Below, piece after piece: positions 8,197 to 12,695 of a DNA stretch of 12,695 nucleotides. The stretch comes from Candidatus Thorarchaeota archaeon (GTDB lineage Archaea > Asgardarchaeota > Thorarchaeia > Thorarchaeales > Thorarchaeaceae), in assembly GCA_963726195.1 (NCBI GenBank), contig CAVSBO010000019.1, positions 1 through 12,695 on the forward strand. Reading direction: 5' to 3'. Below the pieces are notes generated by a model. The model searched no databases. It was not told the origin of the DNA and saw nothing but the letters and a program-made list of their open reading frames with translations. A program made the position numbers and the translations under genes. Each line of letters opens with the position of its first letter. The first letter of the stretch is position 1.

Positions 8197-9367
8197 ATGT
8201 CTAGGGGAAGACCAGCCATAATCAACCCTGACATGCTCGTCTGGGCAAGAGAAGAGAGAGGGCTTACTGTCGAACAGGCCGCCAAGAGCATTCATCTATC
8301 ACCCGAGAAGCTGAAGGATATTGAGCTTGGCATTCAGCGGATTACTGTCCCGAAGCTGAAGAAAGCCGCACAGGTCTATCGGCGACCGACGGCCGCCTTT
8401 TCCTCCTCAAGAGGCCCATGCCATTGGCTGTTCCAGAATTCAGACGGAGTGTGGAGCACACAAATGAACCGCTATCACCTGAGACTTCGCCTAGAGATAC
8501 GGAGAATTTACCAAAAGAGAGAAGCTGCAATTGAAATCGCTGACTTTGGACCCAGTTTCGATTGGCAACTAGTAGGGTCCGCCACATTAGATTCTGATCC
8601 TGAGAGATTGGGCCAACAGGTTCGAGATTTATTACATGTCTCTGATAGGTTTCCCATCGGGCTTAGTGCCCACAAAGCATTCGATTACTGGCGTCAATCG
8701 GTCGAGAATAACGGTGTGTTAGTCTTTCAGATTACCAAGGTGGGCCTAGAGGAAATGCGTGGATTCTCCATGGGCGCGAAGCTATTTCCCGTAATCGCCG
8801 TCAACCGGAAGGACGACCCCGGACCTAGGTCTTTCACTTTGCTCCATGAACTATGCCATGTTATGATTGCCGACTCGAGTGTGTGCGAGATTCGTGATGA
8901 AAAAACGATTGGAGAAGAAAAGGCTCGCTCCATTGAGGCGTTTTGCAATCATGTTGCAGGGGCTGCTCTGGTTCCTTCTCATCCTCTGCTAGCCACCGTC
9001 GAAGTGATGAGAACATGGACGCGAAGAGTCTTGGACTGAGACTGACCTCCTGCAACTTGCCTCTAGATTCAAGGTAAGCAGAGAAGTAGTCCTTCGGCGT
9101 CTCCTTTTCCTCGGGCGTACAACTGATGGTTTCTATCGTTCGAAACGCGAGGAGTGGCAGCAGCGAACGCGTATTCCTAGGCAGGAACCTTGGGGCGAAC
9201 CAGTACATGAGATGGTCTTGCGCACCGAGGGACGTACATTTACTTCCATGGTTCTGGAGGCTTTTCATGGAGGTGCCCTAGGCCCAACCGACGTTTCGGA
9301 ACTTCTGAGCATGGATTTAAAGCACCTGTCGTCTCTGGAGAGGGTGCTTGAAGAGAGGGTGTCGTAG
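8197..9367 (+). pseudogene. XRE-HTH + ImmA/IrrE (M78) Zn-metallopeptidase, ~389 aa after correcting three 1-nt indels (pseudogene or sequencing error)
   Basis: N-terminal XRE HTH (INPDMLVWAREERGLTVEQAA), HEXXH in FTLLHELCH, and EAFCNHVAGAALVP. The conserved C-terminus LASRFKVSREVVLRRL...EERVS* lies in the +1 frame after ~9012 and ends at TAG 9365-9367. The segment 8401-8484 reads FLLKRPMPLAVPEFRR...LSPE in a shifted frame. Confidence 0.9.
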
Positions 9368-9372
9368 AATCG

Positions 9373-9831
9373 ATGGGATATAGCTTCGATACATCAGCCA
9401 TGATTAATCCGTGGAAATTCATGTATCCCATTCGTCATTTTCCATCCTTCTGGCGGACACTAGATGATGTGATTCGAAGTGGAGAGCTGCTAGCTAGTGA
9501 AATGGTGCTTGAGGAACTCAAGCAGAAATCTGATGAGCTGCTTGAATACGTGAATGAACGCCGTGCACTATTTGTCCCTGTTGACGAACCGCAAATGCGA
9601 ATCGTGACAGAGATAGTGAACAGGTTTCCGAAGTTGGCTGACTACGACAATACAAAAGAGGTTGCCGATCCTTATGTTGTGGCGCTCGCCAAACAGCGTG
9701 AGTTGATGGTCGTGACCGATGAACAGAGGCCTCCTCGTGGAAAGGTCAAGATTCCAGAAGTCTGTCAATATATGAAAGTAAAATGCATTGGCATTCTCGA
9801 GTTTCTCGATGAGATTCAGCTTGTACTTTGA
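9373..9831 (+). CDS. PIN-domain protein, DUF4411-like (putative RNase toxin)
   Basis: YSFDTSA, YP...FPSFW, VLEEL, ADPYVVALA, VVTDE and KIPEVC motifs match the DUF4411 PIN pattern. It starts 5 nt after the XRE/ImmA stop, the usual pairing for this family. Confidence 0.9.
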   Translation: MGYSFDTSAMINPWKFMYPIRHFPSFWRTLDDVIRSGELLASEMVLEELKQKSDELLEYVNERRALFVPVDEPQMRIVTEIVNRFPKLADYDNTKEVADPYVVALAKQRELMVVTDEQRPPRGKVKIPEVCQYMKVKCIGILEFLDEIQLVL

Positions 9832-10066
9832 GGACGTTGGTTTGTTGACCGACAGTCCCATTAACATGTGCAAAAGCACAAGTGTGCGCGGGCCGGTCCA
9901 CCAAATACCATAACTCCTTCTTTGCCACACGGAGTTGTATGAATGCTTTTCGGTTCGTTTCAAGATGTACTTGACGCCGTACAGCGGCGACCGCCTTTGG
10001 AACCGGTCCGTGCTGCAAGTCTGAAAAACCAAGTTCTCCGTAATCATCGAGCATGAGATTGGCCAT
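9746..10066 (-). pseudogene. Hypothetical ORF or truncated remnant, paralog of the gene at the left edge
   Basis: The N-terminal 28 codons from ATG 10054 match the ORF at 1-85. The last 86 nt run antisense into the PIN gene, suggesting truncation near 9832. Confidence 0.4.
9970..10054. repeat. Imperfect direct repeat, copy 2
   Basis: 76/85 identical to positions 1-85, same orientation. Confidence 0.95.
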
Positions 10067-10385
10067 GTCCGCACGACCTATACGTGAGAGACAAGAAGCG
10101 GATGACCGAAGTGGTTCATAGAATTACAAAGTGTCATTTCGCCCTTTTCCTCGGTGTGTCCGAGAATCCCGAGTCTCCTTCATTCTTGTCCTTCTCTCTC
10201 CTCAGAGCATTTCAGCGACCAGTAATTCATGCACATTCACTATGGAGGAGTGATGGTGTGAGCTAGCAGAATCTAGTTGCTTCTGCTGCTGTCGATAATC
10301 AACTCATCAACACCATACGCACAGGACTTGCCGAGCCCTGACCCGATTTCAGATGAACATGCAACACGCGGCGTCAAAAGTGGTT

Positions 10386-11060
10386 CTATTGACTCTCCAT
10401 CGCTATCTTGATAGACTTGTACACTTTTTCGTCAAACTTTGACTCCTTGGGGTCGGAAACCGTGACAATCACTCTCATTGAGTCGGCGATTAGGATGCCC
10501 ACATCTTTGTACGAGGGACCTCTTTTCTCGATTACTTCTGAGTACTTCAGGTAGACGTATGGGGAGAAGGCTATGTATGACTTATCAACACCCTTTGCAT
10601 TGTCCCTGGCCTGAGCAAAAGCCTTGTCAACGGCACTCCTGCTTGGATCACTCTTCAGCTCTACAGCAATTAGCGTGGTCGATAGGAGCCCACCCTTGAA
10701 GCCGCATACATCGACTGACCGGTCTCGCCCGCCCATGGGCAGGGCTATTTCATACTTGACAGATAGACCTTGGTCACGTAGCCAGTTGTAAACGGGTTGT
10801 CTAAGACCTGACTCGGCGGATGGCTCATTGAGTATCTTGAAGAGGATGTCGGGTTGCCTCTTATCCAACCAATTCACGATATCTGTAAGTGAGAAAAAGC
10901 GGTCATCAGTTATTAACGCGGTCAGAGCTTTCTTATCGAGATTCGAGACTAAAGCGCTGCATATTTCAACGAGCTTCTCTTTGGTTAAGTCTTGAAGACG
11001 CTTATCGAACTCAACGTCTAGAAGCTCAATCACATTAGTCACGTTGGGCAAAGTCCGCAC
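10386..11060 (-). CDS. PD-(D/E)XK (restriction endonuclease-fold) nuclease with a helical N-terminal extension
   Basis: Catalytic pattern E (AESGL) ... D (RSVDVCG) ... ELK (IAVELK, nt 10653-10661) ... Q (AFAQA), followed by DKSYIAF and VGIL strands. GTG start. Confidence 0.8.
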   Translation of the reverse strand: MRTLPNVTNVIELLDVEFDKRLQDLTKEKLVEICSALVSNLDKKALTALITDDRFFSLTDIVNWLDKRQPDILFKILNEPSAESGLRQPVYNWLRDQGLSVKYEIALPMGGRDRSVDVCGFKGGLLSTTLIAVELKSDPSRSAVDKAFAQARDNAKGVDKSYIAFSPYVYLKYSEVIEKRGPSYKDVGILIADSMRVIVTVSDPKESKFDEKVYKSIKIAMESQ

Positions 11061-11070
11061 TCCCGAAGAC

Positions 11071-11097
11071 GATTAGTTGGTGTTGTTCGCACTAATC
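11071..11097 (-). promoter_or_regulatory. Inverted repeat GATTAGT-N13-ACTAATC upstream of the nuclease gene
   Basis: GATTAGT 11071-11077 and ACTAATC 11091-11097 lie between a TTTAAG TATA-like box (- strand, 11107-11112) and the GTG at 11060. Confidence 0.35.
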
Positions 11098-11158
11098 TCT
11101 TTTGCTCTTAAACGCTGTTGGCATGATGATTTACAGTTGTGTCATTTGAGTAGGCCCG

Positions 11159-12298
11159 TTACTCAAGAATAATCATGGCTCGGCTCTCGAATCGGACCTT
11201 GAGCCTAAAGGTTGCTGGTGTCGTCAGCTGAAGACATGAGCAGCCAGAATCCAATAGGGTCTTCTTGAGTGCCGGCGAGACCGACGTTTTTGCGGCATAG
11301 AATTGCTCTACCCTCTTCTTGTCCAGCTTCTTGATTACGGAGTAACAAGTCAGAAAGAATGATTTGGCGATGTCGCGTGTCGGGTTGTTCGCAGAGGCAT
11401 GTGCGCATTCGTTCCTCTGCTTGCGCAGATTTGTCAAATCCGTTGGCAGGTTCTTATCCAAGAGCTTGTTGGTTTTCGCTTGATACGTTGTTTTGACAGC
11501 TTCGACGATTGCTTCGTCTGTATGTTTCTCAAGAAGGGCGGTTAGGTCGTTGACCCTAAATCTAACCTTCTTTCCTCGAGCCATGATAGGCAATTTGCAT
11601 TTCTTCAGCTGCTCGAAACCGTCCGTGAACAGGTAACATCCTAAATAATGGACTATGGCTGTCCAGCCTACGACGACGGCTGCTTTGTATGCCTCGATAC
11701 TGAAGCAGAATATGGACTGGCGCAGTTGATCTTCCTCCTGAGGCGATATTGAACGAGCAACACTTTCGAGACCCTCTTTGAGCGCCTTGGTGTCTGCATC
11801 ATCTCTTTCTTCGTGCTTACAAAATGTACACAGAGTAAAGAAGACGTCTGCCATATCATTGACCACTTCTGGCTTCAGAGAAGTTCTGGTCTTCGGAGAA
11901 TGTGCATTCGTAAATAGTCTCTTTAGCTGTGCCGGCTGCATTGTCCAAGCCATGTTGGTCTGCTTGAATATGTCGGGGTAGCATTTCTTCACGAGCACCT
12001 GTAGGAAGGCCTTTCGATTCTTTGGTTTAGTATAGGTCCGATAATCATGATAGGTCTTGGTGGTCTTGCATTCTTTGTCTATTAGGCCTAGGTTCTTCAG
12101 AAGGAAACTCATTTGGGAATACTCAGTCCAACCCGTGAATCCCTGCGCATCTAGGCTGTCATTCTCTATAATATCAAGGGGTGGCCCCCTGTGCAAATCG
12201 TTTAGGAATGCCATGAGCTTGTCTGTTTTCTTAAAGTGGGAATATTTGTAGTGACGAGGTCGTCCTCTATTCGACAATTCAACCCCTCTGCTTGACAA
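11159..12298 (-). CDS. DUF5343-like N-terminal domain fused to a HEPN (DUF4145-like) RNase domain
   Basis: The N-terminal half LKNLGLID...T..Y.DYR...L...VKKCY.DIF...F.TLC resembles DUF5343 (winged-helix-like). The C-terminal half has the HEPN helix QLRQSIFCFSIEAYKAAVVVGWTAI and an Rx4H motif, RNECAH (nt 11399-11416). The start codon is uncertain (TTG 12298 or later). Confidence 0.8.
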   Translation of the reverse strand: MSSRGVELSNRGRPRHYKYSHFKKTDKLMAFLNDLHRGPPLDIIENDSLDAQGFTGWTEYSQMSFLLKNLGLIDKECKTTKTYHDYRTYTKPKNRKAFLQVLVKKCYPDIFKQTNMAWTMQPAQLKRLFTNAHSPKTRTSLKPEVVNDMADVFFTLCTFCKHEERDDADTKALKEGLESVARSISPQEEDQLRQSIFCFSIEAYKAAVVVGWTAIVHYLGCYLFTDGFEQLKKCKLPIMARGKKVRFRVNDLTALLEKHTDEAIVEAVKTTYQAKTNKLLDKNLPTDLTNLRKQRNECAHASANNPTRDIAKSFFLTCYSVIKKLDKKRVEQFYAAKTSVSPALKKTLLDSGCSCLQLTTPATFRLKVRFESRAMIILE

Positions 12299-12534
12299 CC
12301 GTTGTAAGACACTTCTATATTTGTCTCACGCTCGCTCAGCCGCCAAGAGACCTGTTGCTCCGTGCTCGCGAGTTTTGTGAATCTGTGTAAACCCCGAGCC
12401 ACGCGATTGTTGTCGGACCATCGAGCCTCAAGTCCAAGAGAGACCTTGGATTGTGGTGCTTTACTGTGGGTGCCTCTTTTTCTGTAGTGCCAGTCTTCGC
12501 AGTTGGGAAACGATATGCTGTTACTTGAGGCGAT

Positions 12535-12695
12535 TTAGAATAGTCCATTCAGTCCTACTGGCAAGTGGACGTAGGCGCACTTCGTGCCCGGAGAGTCAAC
12601 GTCTACGACCAAGCCTGCCCCCGTGAAAATCGCGCCCTGAAGAGGGATGAATTGAAGAGTTCCAGTTGTGTCATGCTCGAAGCTCTGGCTATTGC
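12535..12695 (-). CDS. Possible 3' end of a gene entering from the right edge (...NSQSFEHDTTGTLQFIPLQGAIFTGAGLVVDVDSPGTKCAYVHLPVGLNGLF*)
   Basis: Open frame from the window end to TAA at 12535-12537, with a protein-like beta-rich sequence and the same strand as its neighbours. No motif recognised. Confidence 0.35.
   Translation of the reverse strand, partial: NSQSFEHDTTGTLQFIPLQGAIFTGAGLVVDVDSPGTKCAYVHLPVGLNGLF

Noticed and set aside
9568-10074. 168-aa - strand ORF as the coding frame of the repeat
   Set aside because: It overlaps the PIN gene by 264 nt, and the same frame in copy 1 has a stop immediately upstream and no ATG. It is not fully excluded, since this frame also shows three synonymous changes.
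12336-12548. 70-aa ORF and the small hairpin TCCAAG/CTTGGA at 12433-12450
   Set aside because: The ORF has no motif support, and a 6-bp stem is within chance expectation.
1-12695. CRISPR array, transposase, integrase, rRNA or tRNA genes
   Set aside because: No regularly spaced repeats or diagnostic motifs were seen on either strand.

Overview
Accessory region, probably archaeal (overlapping start/stop operon, GGTG/GGAG-type RBS; an Asgard/Thorarchaeia-like origin is only a guess). The left 7.7 kb is a tightly coupled three-gene + strand operon: a membrane-anchored HerA/VirD4-like P-loop ATPase (1042 aa); a 1219-aa protein made of a very acidic disordered N-terminus, a duplicated helical module with an HTH and a C-terminal intein-type two-motif LAGLIDADG domain with no splicing domain; and a ~201-aa probable winged-helix protein. 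A candidate structured RNA follows. This operon is the best candidate for an undescribed system, either DNA transfer or toxin/immunity delivery. Next come defence-like genes: an XRE-HTH/ImmA-IrrE Zn-peptidase broken by three 1-nt indels with a DUF4411-type PIN gene, and, on the - strand, a DUF5343-like/HEPN fusion and a PD-(D/E)XK nuclease. An 85-bp, 89% identical direct repeat (1-85 and 9970-10054) brackets the first ~10 kb. All family calls come from reading motifs by eye, not from database searches.
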